Source: an uncultured Pseudomonadales bacterium
GTDB taxonomy: Bacteria > Patescibacteriota > Microgenomatia > UBA1400 > UBA1396
Length of the DNA stretch: 64,000 nucleotides
Assembly (NCBI GenBank): GCA_964603945.1
Contig: CAZRWP010000003.1
Location: 6,830 to 70,829, forward strand
Direction: 5' to 3'
Within the stretch, counting starts at the first letter, position 1. Each line of letters starts with the position of its first letter. Positions 49,744 through 60,587 of this stretch are shown here, in pieces. Position numbers and translations under genes: made by a program. The notes below the pieces were generated by a model, which did not search any database, was not told where the DNA came from, and saw only the letters and a list, made by a program, of their open reading frames with translations.

Positions 49744-49827
49744 AAGCCTCACTTACACAATGTTCACCTCAAGGAAGCCTCACCCGGGTGAGGCTTCCTT
49801 GAGGAAGTGTGAATGTAAGCCTCGCTT
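49744..49827. repeat. 84-bp palindromic cassette, family B, copy 1
   Basis: AAGCCTCACTT-20nt-AAGCCTCACCC-GGGTGAGGCTT-20nt-AAGCCTCGCTT; 38-bp perfect central palindrome. Confidence 0.95.
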
Positions 49828-49842
49828 ACAATTCCTCCCTCC

Positions 49843-49870
49843 TTGACACCTGGCGGACCCCATGTACAAT
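49843..49870 (+). promoter_or_regulatory. Probable 16S rRNA promoter
   Basis: TTGACA-16nt-TACAAT, about 430 nt upstream of the mature 16S. Confidence 0.75.
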
Positions 49871-50299
49871 ACAAACTCCGAGACCACATTTTTCTGTGGT
49901 ATTTCTACTCGTGAAGCTAAAAAGCAGTTTGTCCAACTTTCAGTTGGCCGCCTGCAGATAGATAGCGATCAGCTCGGAAACGCTCGTGAACAAGTAAAAG
50001 ATTACAGCAGTGTGATTGAAGATTGGTCAGCCGACTCAAAGTTGATTGCAAATTTTAGAATGATTCAATTTTATTATTGAATCGCTAACTTTGAATTTCC
50101 CTTTTGAGTCAGCCAAAAATCTTTAGTTATACAAGGAATTCGGTCAAGACACTTTTGCAGGGTCTGTGACCGATCCAATACAATACAAGAACTTTCTAAG
50201 TCCCATCGGGCTTAGAAAGAGAAGATAGACATTACACAAACTGACAGGATGCTCTGACGAGGAATATCTTGTCATTTGTGATAAGTTATTCCGTCAATT

Positions 50300-51800
<1,501 letters not shown>

Positions 51801-51955
51801 AAGGAGTTTGAGGTGGAGACTCACGCCTCTTTCCTCGCTCGACAGCAATGTCAGCAAAAACTCCAAGACCCGTGGACATAATTGCCCGGGCCATCCTGTC
51901 AGTTTGTGTGGTGTTTATTGATAAACGCTGTGATCTTTTACTTTTTAAAATTGAT

Positions 51956-51982
51956 GAAAAGCGCTCTAGGGGCGCTTTTTTC
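51956..51982 (+). terminator. Intrinsic terminator closing the 16S transcription unit
   Basis: AAAAGCGC-TCTAGGG-GCGCTTTTTT. Confidence 0.8.
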
Positions 51983-52089
51983 ATAATTATTTTGCCAGAA
52001 TTTTAATTTGTTATTGATGATTATGCTTAAATTCTAACCATAGCTGATGAAATCAGTGATATCATAGGGGCAAATTAGAGAGGGCGAAT

Positions 52090-52449
52090 ATGGGAGAAGG
52101 TTTAGGAGATGGCGGTGGGGCCAGTCAGCGACGAGAAAGAGCTGAGAGAGATAAAAAACTAATTAATGTACGCGTTCAGTTTCCAAACAGAGACAGATTG
52201 TCGACGATGATATTTGGTCATGGCATAATTGAAAGTAACCCGCAGGCGCTTGTTCTAATTGATAGAATTGGAGGCCAATTACTTTCCGCTGAGCAATTTG
52301 TTGATGTCTGGATTGAAGTATTTAACGGTAATCAAAGGCAAGATCTAAATAATATTATGGGATTGTTTGAACTTGGTCAGCCTTTTCAACAAGAAGTTCG
52401 GAAAATACTCGGGCAAAAATTGATGGATTCTTACCTATCCACCCGTTAA
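52090..52449 (+). CDS. Hypothetical protein
   Basis: 119-aa ORF with an SD-like GAGGG. Confidence 0.55.
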   Translation: MGEGLGDGGGASQRRERAERDKKLINVRVQFPNRDRLSTMIFGHGIIESNPQALVLIDRIGGQLLSAEQFVDVWIEVFNGNQRQDLNNIMGLFELGQPFQQEVRKILGQKLMDSYLSTR

Positions 52450-52496
52450 ATAATTGGGGTAATTAAGTTGTTTTTAATTTAGTCTCGTTATTTGTT

Positions 52497-53027
52497 TTAA
52501 CGGTTAAACACTTCAATTAAAAAACCGACGTGCTCGGCTAATGGTTTGTCGATGAGTTGAGCGCCTTGCTCAATGTCGTCGCGGCTGACATTAGCGGCAA
52601 AACTTTTGTTTTTGAGTTTTTTATTAACGGATGACCATTTCATGCCGGCAAATTTGGCCGGTCGCACCTTGGCTACCGCGTCTAAAAAGCCGCAAATTTC
52701 ATCACAGGCAAACAAATAGCGTTCAATTTGGGTGTCGGGTTGTTGGCCGGTGCGGTCAGGCGCGTGGGCGGTGATGGCCGCAATGATTTCAGCTGGAACG
52801 TCAGCTTGGGGCAAAATGTCGTTAACAGCTTTATTGGGGTGTTCATCCGGAAACTGTTCCCAATCAAGATCATGCAAAAGGCCGGCGATATACCAGGAGT
52901 CAGTATCCTGATTAAGATTATTAGCGTAGGCTTCCATGGCCTGAGCCACCATCTGACAGTGCCGGCGAAGCGAGGGATTTGCAATGTATTTTTCCATGAG
53001 TTGCTGAGCTTCTTGACGGGAGATCAT
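52497..53027 (-). CDS. HD (HDIG-type) metal-dependent phosphohydrolase
   Basis: LRRHC, GLLHDLD, AH, ACDE..GF and KSFAANVSR. Confidence 0.9.
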   Translation of the reverse strand: MISRQEAQQLMEKYIANPSLRRHCQMVAQAMEAYANNLNQDTDSWYIAGLLHDLDWEQFPDEHPNKAVNDILPQADVPAEIIAAITAHAPDRTGQQPDTQIERYLFACDEICGFLDAVAKVRPAKFAGMKWSSVNKKLKNKSFAANVSRDDIEQGAQLIDKPLAEHVGFLIEVFNR

Positions 53028-53233
53028 AGGGGTTAGGATAAACCCTAAAGACTAATAGCTCAAGAGCGACTAATAGTGATTAATTTATCTGCTTTGTGCA
53101 ATTGAGCGCAATCGGCCCAAGGGTTTATATGGATACTTTTGCAATTACAATGGCCCGATATTCCTTTTAGGCAAAGTTTTGTTACAATACGCTGTATGCT
53201 TGCAAGCCTGGTCGTGGCTAGTTTGCAACCCAA

Positions 53234-53307
53234 GAGAGTATAGCTCAGTTGGTTAGAGCGCAGTCCTGATAAGACTGAGGCCCCTGGTTCGAGTCCAGGT
53301 ACTCTCA
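53234..53307 (+). tRNA. tRNA-Ile(GAT)
   Basis: Cloverleaf GAGAGTA/TACTCTC, anticodon arm CAGTC-CTGATAA-GACTG; CCA not encoded. Confidence 0.97.
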
Positions 53308-53526
53308 CATCCTTCTTTCCCCTTTTGCTCCACAAGGAAGGCTAAAGCCTTGGCTTTCGTCGCAAAAGGCAAAAGAAGTTTCTAGGTTTATTTCTGAGTT
53401 GGTCTAGAGTCCAATTGGCTAGAATGCTAAAAACATTTCTGCTTTTTTGTATGTCTCATAAAATATGGTATTACTAAATTATTAAAGCGTAGCGGCAATC
53501 TCCCCTGATATAATAACCTTCTTAGC

Positions 53527-53603
53527 GGGCCCATAGCTCAGTTGGCTAGAGCGCTTCATTTGCAATGAAGAGGTCAGGAGTTCGAGTCTCCTTGGGTCCA
53601 CCA
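53527..53603 (+). tRNA. tRNA-Ala(TGC)
   Basis: GGGCCCA/TGGGTCC with G3:U70, anticodon TGC, encoded CCA. Confidence 0.97.
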
Positions 53604-53682
53604 ACAATTTTTACTAGATAAAGCTGATATTGGAAGGTATAAATTTGTAAAAATTTGAATTTTGTTGATAGTTAAAATTAAA

Positions 53683-53946
53683 TTATCTTATCTCACGGAG
53701 GCCAATTTCATTTACATCTGCCGGAACAGCGCCGGAATTAAGGGGTGGCAAAGCATCGCCGGCTTTATCTACTAATTTTCCAAAGCCAACGCCGGTTGAA
53801 ATAGCCAGAATAATCATGGTAATGATGGCTAGCGAGGAAGCTTTATGAGGCTCGTCTTCATTGGCAGGAAGACAATTACTGATAAAATCTTTTAATTTTC
53901 TGGATAGATTGGGGCTTGTTGTTTCTGCTGAAGAATTAATGGCCAT
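53683..53946 (-). CDS. Small single-TM hypothetical protein
   Basis: 87-aa ORF with one hydrophobic helix. Confidence 0.5.
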   Translation of the reverse strand: MAINSSAETTSPNLSRKLKDFISNCLPANEDEPHKASSLAIITMIILAISTGVGFGKLVDKAGDALPPLNSGAVPADVNEIGLREIR

Positions 53947-54017
53947 GCTTATCCGTAGTCTAACACAATTACTTTTCAGGCCGGAAAACTTGCACTTTGA
54001 ACTGTTTGGCAGCTTGT

Positions 54018-54269
54018 TTAATTGTCAGGACCAAAACGAATACTCGACCCCTGATTGTAAACCTTGGCTACTTGCTCGGATGAGAGGGCGTAGTTGTAGA
54101 TTTGCACGTCGTCGAGCTGGCCGATATGTGGATATAAATTATTGGCGGTTTTGCCTATGCTTAGGCCTGATTCATTTACTATACTTCCAGAAGCGCTAGT
54201 TGTTCCTACCTCTTTTCCGTCGAAATATATCTTGATGTCTGATCCGTTATAGGCGCCTGTTACACTAGT
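54018..54269 (-). pseudogene. Start-less C-terminal fragment of a LamG/concanavalin A-like domain protein
   Basis: Manual translation: TSVTGAYNGSDIKIYFDGKEVG...SIG...GQLDDVQIYNYALSSEQVAKVYNQGSSIRFGPDN*. Preceded by an in-frame TAA. Confidence 0.8.
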
Positions 54270-54287
54270 TTAAGTCGACGTCACAGC

Positions 54288-55031
54288 TTACGCCAACACG
54301 GTCTCGACGTCAGTGGCGATCAAGGTGCCGACTTCTTCTCCCTGGCAGGCGCGCAGTAAATTGTCACCCTCAAACAGTTTAAAGATCTGGATTGGCATGT
54401 TGTTTTCCATCGACATAGAAAGGCCGGCTGTGTCCATGACCTGAATTTCCGGTTGCGTAATGGCGTCGCGGTAGGTCATGGTTTTATAGCGCTTGGCGTC
54501 AGGATATTTCATGGGATCCTTGTCATAAATACCGTCGACCTTGGTGGCTTTCATGACGACTTCACAATGAAGTTCCAAGGCGTGCAGAGTGGCGCCGGTG
54601 TCGGTGGTAACGTAGGGATTGCCGGTGCCGGCCGTTAGGATGAGTAAACGGTTTTTCTCCAGATGACGCAGAGCTTTGTTGCGGATGAAGGGCTCGGCCA
54701 CTTCAGGCATGCTGAGTGCAGTTTGGACGCGGGTAGGGACTTCAAGTTGAATAAGCGCGTCTTGCAGGGCTAAGCCATTCATGACGGTGGCTAACATGCC
54801 CATGTAATCTGCGGTGGCGCGGTCAAAACCGCTTCGGCTAGCTGATAATCCGCGGAAAATATTGCCGCCGCCAACCACAACTGCCACCTGAATTCCCATG
54901 TCATGAACTTCTTTAAGTTTTAGTCCGACTTCGGTCGCCGCCTCATTAGAGATTCCATATTCGCGGTCACCCATTAATGACTCGCCGCCCACCTTGATCA
55001 TGACTCGCTTGTAGCCAGTAGAATTTTTCAT
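54288..55031 (-). CDS. pyrH: UMP kinase
   Basis: K.GGESL, VVGGGNIFRG, ADYMGMLAT and GTGNPY.TTD. Confidence 0.97.
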   Translation of the reverse strand: MKNSTGYKRVMIKVGGESLMGDREYGISNEAATEVGLKLKEVHDMGIQVAVVVGGGNIFRGLSASRSGFDRATADYMGMLATVMNGLALQDALIQLEVPTRVQTALSMPEVAEPFIRNKALRHLEKNRLLILTAGTGNPYVTTDTGATLHALELHCEVVMKATKVDGIYDKDPMKYPDAKRYKTMTYRDAITQPEIQVMDTAGLSMSMENNMPIQIFKLFEGDNLLRACQGEEVGTLIATDVETVLA

Positions 55032-55273
55032 ATTTCCCTTTCTTTCAAGTTAGGCCTGCAGTACTTGGATTGCGACCGTTTGCTCTGGCTGTCTGGCGAG
55101 CTGAGGTTCAGATTGAACTCACCTGCTGTCGAGCTGATGTTCATCTTGAGCTCAGATTCCAGCGAGCTGAGTCTGACACTTGTGGCCAGTTTACAGCAAT
55201 CGCTTTTAGCCGAGGCATTGTCACGGGCTAGTTGAGGCGAACCAACCCTCCGGGAAATCCGGATATTGCCGGT

Positions 55274-55303
55274 ATTGTAACGGTTTGCCCGGCTGAAAGG
55301 CAA
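55274..55303 (-). promoter_or_regulatory. Probable pyrH promoter
   Basis: TTGCCT-18nt-TACAAT on the minus strand, 15 nt from the family B cassette. Confidence 0.55.
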
Positions 55304-55318
55304 GGAGGAGGGAATTGT

Positions 55319-55402
55319 AAGCGTCACTTACAAACACTCTTCCTCAAGTAAGCCTCACCCGGGTGAGGCTTACTTGAGGTGCACCTTGTGTAAGTGAGGC
55401 TT
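55319..55402. repeat. 84-bp palindromic cassette, family B, copy 2 (inverted; extra unit at 55409-55419)
   Basis: AAGCGTCACTT-20nt-AAGCCTCACCC-GGGTGAGGCTT-20nt-AAGTGAGGCTT. Confidence 0.95.
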
Positions 55403-55471
55403 ACAATTAAGTGACGCTTACAATTCCCAATTCCCACCACTCCTGCCGGAAACATCCGCTATAATACCCCC

Positions 55472-56488
55472 ATGTATTATCTCAAGTCCCTCGATCTGCG
55501 TGAAAAAAAAGTTCTGCTTCGACTGGATCTGGATTTACCGGAAAATCAGGATGGTTTTGACCAGACGCGTCTGGATTATGGTTTGCCGACACTTCAGACG
55601 ATTCTCAAAAAACATATCGACAGTGTTCACATAATTGGTCATCGTGGTCGCCCCAATGGCAAAAATTCAAAAAAATACTCATTAAAACCAATTGAGAAAC
55701 TCATTTTGGATAAAATTGATGCCAAATTTCACGACAAAATCAGCTTTGGTGAAAATCTGCGCTTTGACCCGGGTGAAGAAAAAAATACTAAGACATTTGC
55801 CAAACAATTAGCCAAAGGATTTGATGTATACGTCAATGATGCCTTTGCTACCGCCCATCGCGAGCACGCTTCGGTGGTGCAATTGCCTTATTTATTGCCA
55901 ACCGTGATGGGTCGTCAGTTTGAAAAAGAAATCAAAGTATTACGCCAAATTGTGTACGCGCCTAAGCGTCCGCTAACTTTGATACTCGGCGGAGCCAAGC
56001 CAGAAAAACTGGAATATATCGACAAATTATTTGATCACTTTAACGTGTTTTTAGTCGGCGGCAAATTAGCTGAAGACAACAAGCACCTAGAAGAAACAAA
56101 CCGCAAGTTGATTGTGGCCAATTTAACTGAAGACGGGCTCGATATGGATGTCGACAGTACTGAGCAATTTGACCGGTTTATCAAAGCTTCTGAAACAGTT
56201 GTTTGGAATGGTCCACTGGGTAAATACGAAGATGGCGAGCACCACCTGGCGACTGAATTTATTGCCAACTCCATGGCGCGATCCAAGGTTTACAGTTACG
56301 TGTGCGGCGGCGATACCGAGGCCGCGTTGGATCACCTGGGATTTGAACACAAGAATTTCAATCATGTGTCTACTGGCGGCGGCGCGGTGATGGAATACCT
56401 GGCTAACGGAACTTTGCCGGGTCAGAAAGCCATAGAAGAAAGCCAAAAACAGTTTGAATGGGACGAACTACTTGAATTTGTAGCCTAG
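55472..56488 (+). CDS. pgk: Phosphoglycerate kinase (compact)
   Basis: H.GRP, ENLRF, VNDAFATAHREHAS, GGAK, WNGPLG and STGGGA. Confidence 0.95.
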   Translation: MYYLKSLDLREKKVLLRLDLDLPENQDGFDQTRLDYGLPTLQTILKKHIDSVHIIGHRGRPNGKNSKKYSLKPIEKLILDKIDAKFHDKISFGENLRFDPGEEKNTKTFAKQLAKGFDVYVNDAFATAHREHASVVQLPYLLPTVMGRQFEKEIKVLRQIVYAPKRPLTLILGGAKPEKLEYIDKLFDHFNVFLVGGKLAEDNKHLEETNRKLIVANLTEDGLDMDVDSTEQFDRFIKASETVVWNGPLGKYEDGEHHLATEFIANSMARSKVYSYVCGGDTEAALDHLGFEHKNFNHVSTGGGAVMEYLANGTLPGQKAIEESQKQFEWDELLEFVA

Positions 56489-56591
56489 ACACCTTTTTAC
56501 TAAAATCGTAGAGTAACTTCTCGCTTGAATTAAGTCTAATATCACTGGTTTATCCTAAAAAGTAGATATATCTCAAAACTAAGGTGTCTCC

Positions 56592-58007
56592 CTAAATAAC
56601 TGTAAAATAGGACGCCTCTTGGCTGTAGGCAATGGGATCAAACAATAAAATTGCTGCGATACTCGCCAAAATTACTAAACTGAGTATTATCCATTGCGAT
56701 CTAATCCACCAACGGTTAGGCAAGAAGCTAACTGCGCCAATAACACCCAAAATCCCCAAGACTAACCAATCTGGCAAACCGCCATTACCTAAGGTTGCCA
56801 AGCCGGTGTAAAGATAAATTAATCTAAATTGCAATATTAAAAATAAATTTATAATAAACAAGAAAACACGTTTTCTTTGAGTAATAGATTCGGTCCAAAG
56901 ATAACCCAAGGAAGCAAAAAATAGCGGAAATAGTGGATACCAGTACCAACCATAACTACCATGTCCTCCAGAGGTATTTGGGGCTTGAACCCATTCACCG
57001 ACCGTGGCAGCTAAAAATATCAGATAAACCGAAGCAAAAACATACATGCGTTTAACGGCTATTTTTTTAGGCAGATTAAAGGCCAAGACGATAAAAGAGA
57101 GTTTGGCCGCAATCAATAATCCGTCAAAAAATATTGTATCTATTGCCTTGGGCTTACCAAAAAAGCCAAGTAGGATAGTTAAAAATGTGGTATGTCGATA
57201 AGATCCTTGCAAAAGCTGAATGTTGAGAAATTGCTCTAAGTCAAATATGGAAGCATAGGCAATTAAAAGACTTATACCAATCAGGGCACCGGCAATGACA
57301 CCAATCATTTCTCGCCAACGTTTTTCCATCATTAAAACCAAAGTGTGTGCAAGCACCATCGCTAAGCCAGCAATTTTTATTAGTGGGTAGAGAAAATTTA
57401 TAAATTCCGATTCAAGCCCTCTAATTTTTTGGTTAAATTTTGGCTCAAGTAATATTAATTGGCCCAGCATTAGCGGTGTCAGTAAGTTTTCAGCTAAAAT
57501 CATTCTATTGCCCAATATTGCAGAGGGCGCAACAGCATACAAAACTAGAGTAGTTAATGAGGCGGTTCGATTCATCCAAGATCTTGACCAGGCGTAAAGC
57601 AACCACATTGTTAAGCCGCTCAGCAAAACCATGGGAAGTCGTAATATTCCTAGTGATATCGGATTTTGCCAAGTATTTCCGCTCAAAGTTTGAATTGTTC
57701 CAGGCAAAAGACTAAAAAGAGGCGGATGATCCATAAATGGACTGACAATCGGGAAATAATGGCCGGCAATGATTGTATTATCAACTTGAGGATAAGGAAA
57801 ATATGACCAACCTACCGGCACTTGATTTTGTATCAGTGAGCTTCCCATAAAAATCCAAGCATATTCATCGGCGGTTTCTCCAGGGGACGGTATCTCGCCA
57901 AGCTGATAGAGACGCAGGCTAAGACCTAATAGGATAATTATTATGGCTAAGATTGACGAGGTTTGTTTGGATAATACTAATTCACGCCATTTGACTTGAA
58001 ATTTCAT
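56592..58007 (-). CDS. GT-C (ArnT/PMT-like, GT39/GT83) membrane glycosyltransferase
   Basis: LRLY.L...ADE, DHPPL, many TM helices; AT-rich. Confidence 0.75.
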   Translation of the reverse strand: MKFQVKWRELVLSKQTSSILAIIIILLGLSLRLYQLGEIPSPGETADEYAWIFMGSSLIQNQVPVGWSYFPYPQVDNTIIAGHYFPIVSPFMDHPPLFSLLPGTIQTLSGNTWQNPISLGILRLPMVLLSGLTMWLLYAWSRSWMNRTASLTTLVLYAVAPSAILGNRMILAENLLTPLMLGQLILLEPKFNQKIRGLESEFINFLYPLIKIAGLAMVLAHTLVLMMEKRWREMIGVIAGALIGISLLIAYASIFDLEQFLNIQLLQGSYRHTTFLTILLGFFGKPKAIDTIFFDGLLIAAKLSFIVLAFNLPKKIAVKRMYVFASVYLIFLAATVGEWVQAPNTSGGHGSYGWYWYPLFPLFFASLGYLWTESITQRKRVFLFIINLFLILQFRLIYLYTGLATLGNGGLPDWLVLGILGVIGAVSFLPNRWWIRSQWIILSLVILASIAAILLFDPIAYSQEASYFTVI

Positions 58008-58207
58008 AAGTTTGCAGATGTACCAATAGCATTATATCTGAACAAAATTGTTTTTGTGATTTATTAGTGGTTATTTGCTGATTGTATCTGTCTCATTTAT
58101 TTGCTAACTTTTAATTTGCTGTGGAACATAGTGAAATTCTATGACTGTGCCGCAACGGTGATTCCAAACACGGAAAGTCCGATCTTCAGCAAAAGAGAAA
58201 TCTTGAC

Positions 58208-58331
58208 GAGCATCGAGGAATTATTGTCGGCATATATCTGAAAAATTAGCCGAAAATAATTTAAACAAACGACCTTTATTTTGGACAAACCAAAAATAGG
58301 TCAACCGATGCTCCCTTAAGGGAGCTTTTTT
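58208..58331 (+). ncRNA. Putative structured leader RNA: three-way junction overlapping an intrinsic terminator
   Basis: P1 GAGCATCG/CGATGCTC, P2 58219-58231/58249-58261, P3 58271-58284/58290-58302; terminator GCTCCC-TTAA-GGGAGC-TTTTTT. Confidence 0.55.
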
Positions 58332-58395
58332 GTTTACCACAGCCGATAATTGTTTTGGCTTGAGGGTGTTTTCCAAAAAGTCAGGAGGAATTAAT

Positions 58396-59181
58396 ATGGC
58401 TGGACTTGAAAGTCGAGGTGCCATGAACATGAGGCGAAGGCCAACTGAAATGGCCAAGAGCATTGGAAGTCAGCCGTCGGAGATAAGAAAGAGTTGGCAA
58501 GCTTTAAGAGGGCAAGGTTTGGGGCCGGAATCGGTGGTGCAAGACTTTGAGTCGATAGGCTCAGTTGGAAATTTTGAAAGTCTGCAAAGTCTGATTCAGC
58601 TTGAGCCAGCTTTGGCGACCGGCTTAAATCAATTGCTGGGTCAATTAATTGGCAATGTAATTGAGCAAACAACGGCCAGCGAGTTAATTAGTGCTTTTGG
58701 TGTTCCGGAGTCTTTATTGGCGATGCCAGTATTTTTAGAGTTGCAGGTGATGGAAGTGGAGTCACAAAGAGCGGTGCGTCAGTCAGCTGAAATAGTCAGA
58801 TATCAATGGCAGAAGATGGTGAACCAGATAATTGCTCAGCTAAAGTTATTTCTGGCGGAAAGAATAAACTCACTTGAACAAAAAAGGCAGGCGCATCAGC
58901 ATGCTTGGCGAGACTCGCTCATGGCGGCAGGAAACACTCAGGAATTAAATGGCACGATGGCCACTTTGGATTCTCGTTTTATGTCCGAAATTTCTCAGAT
59001 AGATCAGCAAATTAAGCAGTTGAGGCAGACACTGGGTAATATTGAACAGAAAGTCCAAAAGTATGAATCCACTTGGCTGGCGCCGACGGTACTTAGGGCG
59101 AGCGAGCAGAGGGTTGGGCCGACAATTGTTTTAAACTCGGCGGAAAGGCTTGGAGCGGGCGGAGAAAGTTTAGCTGTCTAG
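58396..59181 (+). CDS. Hypothetical helical/coiled-coil protein
   Basis: ATG at 58396 after AGGAGG; Gln-rich helices. Confidence 0.7.
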   Translation: MAGLESRGAMNMRRRPTEMAKSIGSQPSEIRKSWQALRGQGLGPESVVQDFESIGSVGNFESLQSLIQLEPALATGLNQLLGQLIGNVIEQTTASELISAFGVPESLLAMPVFLELQVMEVESQRAVRQSAEIVRYQWQKMVNQIIAQLKLFLAERINSLEQKRQAHQHAWRDSLMAAGNTQELNGTMATLDSRFMSEISQIDQQIKQLRQTLGNIEQKVQKYESTWLAPTVLRASEQRVGPTIVLNSAERLGAGGESLAV

Positions 59182-59230
59182 GTTGTCATGGACAATATTG
59201 GCTAGATGAAAACATGGACGACCTCAAAAA

Positions 59231-59297
59231 TCTAAATGGCCAAAGGGTCCAATTGCCAAATTGCCAAATGGCCAAATGGTCAAATGGCCAAATGGCC
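59231..59297. repeat. 8-nt tandem repeat (CCAAATGG-like, about 7 units) upstream of gap
   Basis: ...CCAATTG CCAAATTG CCAAATGG CCAAATGG TCAAATGG CCAAATGG CC. Confidence 0.8.
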
Positions 59298-59343
59298 ACC
59301 AAGTTTCTTAGTATTGCTGGACAGAACTTGCTACACTTAAGTC

Positions 59344-60450
59344 ATGACTAAATTTGCCATCAATGGTTTTGGCCGCATCGGCCGAACCGCCTGCCGTGTT
59401 TGGTATAAAAAACTGATTTCGGGTGAATTGCCAGATCTTGAATTAGTAGCAATTAATACGTCTGGATCAATGGAAGTCGAGGATTGGGCGCATCTTTTAA
59501 AATATGACAGCAACTATGGCGTGTGGATGCCTGAAGTTAAGGTTAATCGCTATCGGGATGTTAAAGAAACCTCAGAAGATTATCCGGAAATCGGTACGAT
59601 TGAGGTTGCCGATACTGATGGTCGAGTTCATATTATTACGGTGACAGCCCAGCGCGATCCCAGTCTGATTCCCTGGCATAGATATGGGGCTGAAGTGGTT
59701 ATTGATTCCACTGGCGTTTTTAACAAAGCTGACAAAGCGGCTCTGCACTTTGCCGGTGGTGTTAAGCACGTGATTTTGTCGGCTCCAGGTAAAAGTGACG
59801 GTATTGCCACTACTGTTTTAGGTGTCGATACTGATGAAATGCTAGCCGCCAAGTTAAATAATCACCCGCAAGGCTCCATTGTGTCTAATGCGTCTTGCAC
59901 GACCAACTGTATTGCGCCGGTCGCCAGGTTAATGGTTGATGCCTATGGTGTGGAGCGCGCTTTACTAACGACCATTCATGCCTACACCGATGACCAAAAT
60001 ATTCAGGATAACTCGCATAAGGATATGCGCCGCGCCCGCGGCGCGGCGCAAAACATCATCCCCACGAGCACCGGCGCGGCCAAGGCCACAGCTTTAGTCA
60101 TTCCGGAGCTCAAAGGTAAATTCGATGGCATCGCCATGCGCGTGCCGGTGCCCACAGGATCAATCTCCGATTTGACTTTTATGGTTACTAAACCGACTTC
60201 TGTTGAAGAAGTTAACACCATGCTAACTGAAGCCGCCAAGCAACCGCGCTGGCAGGGAATTTTAGCGGTGACTAATGAGCCGCTGGTTTCGCATGATCTG
60301 GTTGGTCGTTCTGAGTCGAGCATTGTCGACTTGGGTTTGACTCAAGTGATGGACGGTGCCATGGTCAAAGTTGTTGCCTGGTATGACAACGAATGGGGTT
60401 ATTGCAATCGCTTGATTGAACTCGCCGACAAAGTGGCTCAGTTGGGCTAA
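59344..60450 (+). CDS. gap: Glyceraldehyde-3-phosphate dehydrogenase, type I
   Basis: INGFGRIGR, SNASCTTNC and WYDNEWGY. Confidence 0.98.
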   Translation: MTKFAINGFGRIGRTACRVWYKKLISGELPDLELVAINTSGSMEVEDWAHLLKYDSNYGVWMPEVKVNRYRDVKETSEDYPEIGTIEVADTDGRVHIITVTAQRDPSLIPWHRYGAEVVIDSTGVFNKADKAALHFAGGVKHVILSAPGKSDGIATTVLGVDTDEMLAAKLNNHPQGSIVSNASCTTNCIAPVARLMVDAYGVERALLTTIHAYTDDQNIQDNSHKDMRRARGAAQNIIPTSTGAAKATALVIPELKGKFDGIAMRVPVPTGSISDLTFMVTKPTSVEEVNTMLTEAAKQPRWQGILAVTNEPLVSHDLVGRSESSIVDLGLTQVMDGAMVKVVAWYDNEWGYCNRLIELADKVAQLG

Positions 60451-60466
60451 TTTTTTTCTGCCTGGA

Positions 60467-60550
60467 AGGATCATCCTTGCCCCTTGTCTAGTCTGGAAGG
60501 ATCATCCTAGGATGATCCTTCTCGAGGAAAATAAAGGCAAGGATGATCCT
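60467..60550. repeat. 84-bp palindromic cassette, family A, copy 4 (inverted)
   Basis: Same geometry; spacers are reverse-complement variants of those in copies 1-3; lies between convergent genes. Confidence 0.95.
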
Positions 60551-60587
60551 TCTAGGGAAAGCTTTAAAACAATAGGTGTGGGCTCAA

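Noticed and set aside
49862-50080. 72-aa ORF upstream of 16S
   Set aside because: It starts inside the predicted -10 box and lies in the structured rRNA leader; no coding features.
53861-54199. 112-aa plus-strand ORF
   Set aside because: Antisense shadow of the LamG fragment and the 87-aa gene.
58172-58181. GGAAAGTCC resembling the RNase P RNA P4 motif
   Set aside because: No matching 3' P4 strand or overall RNase P structure is visible downstream.
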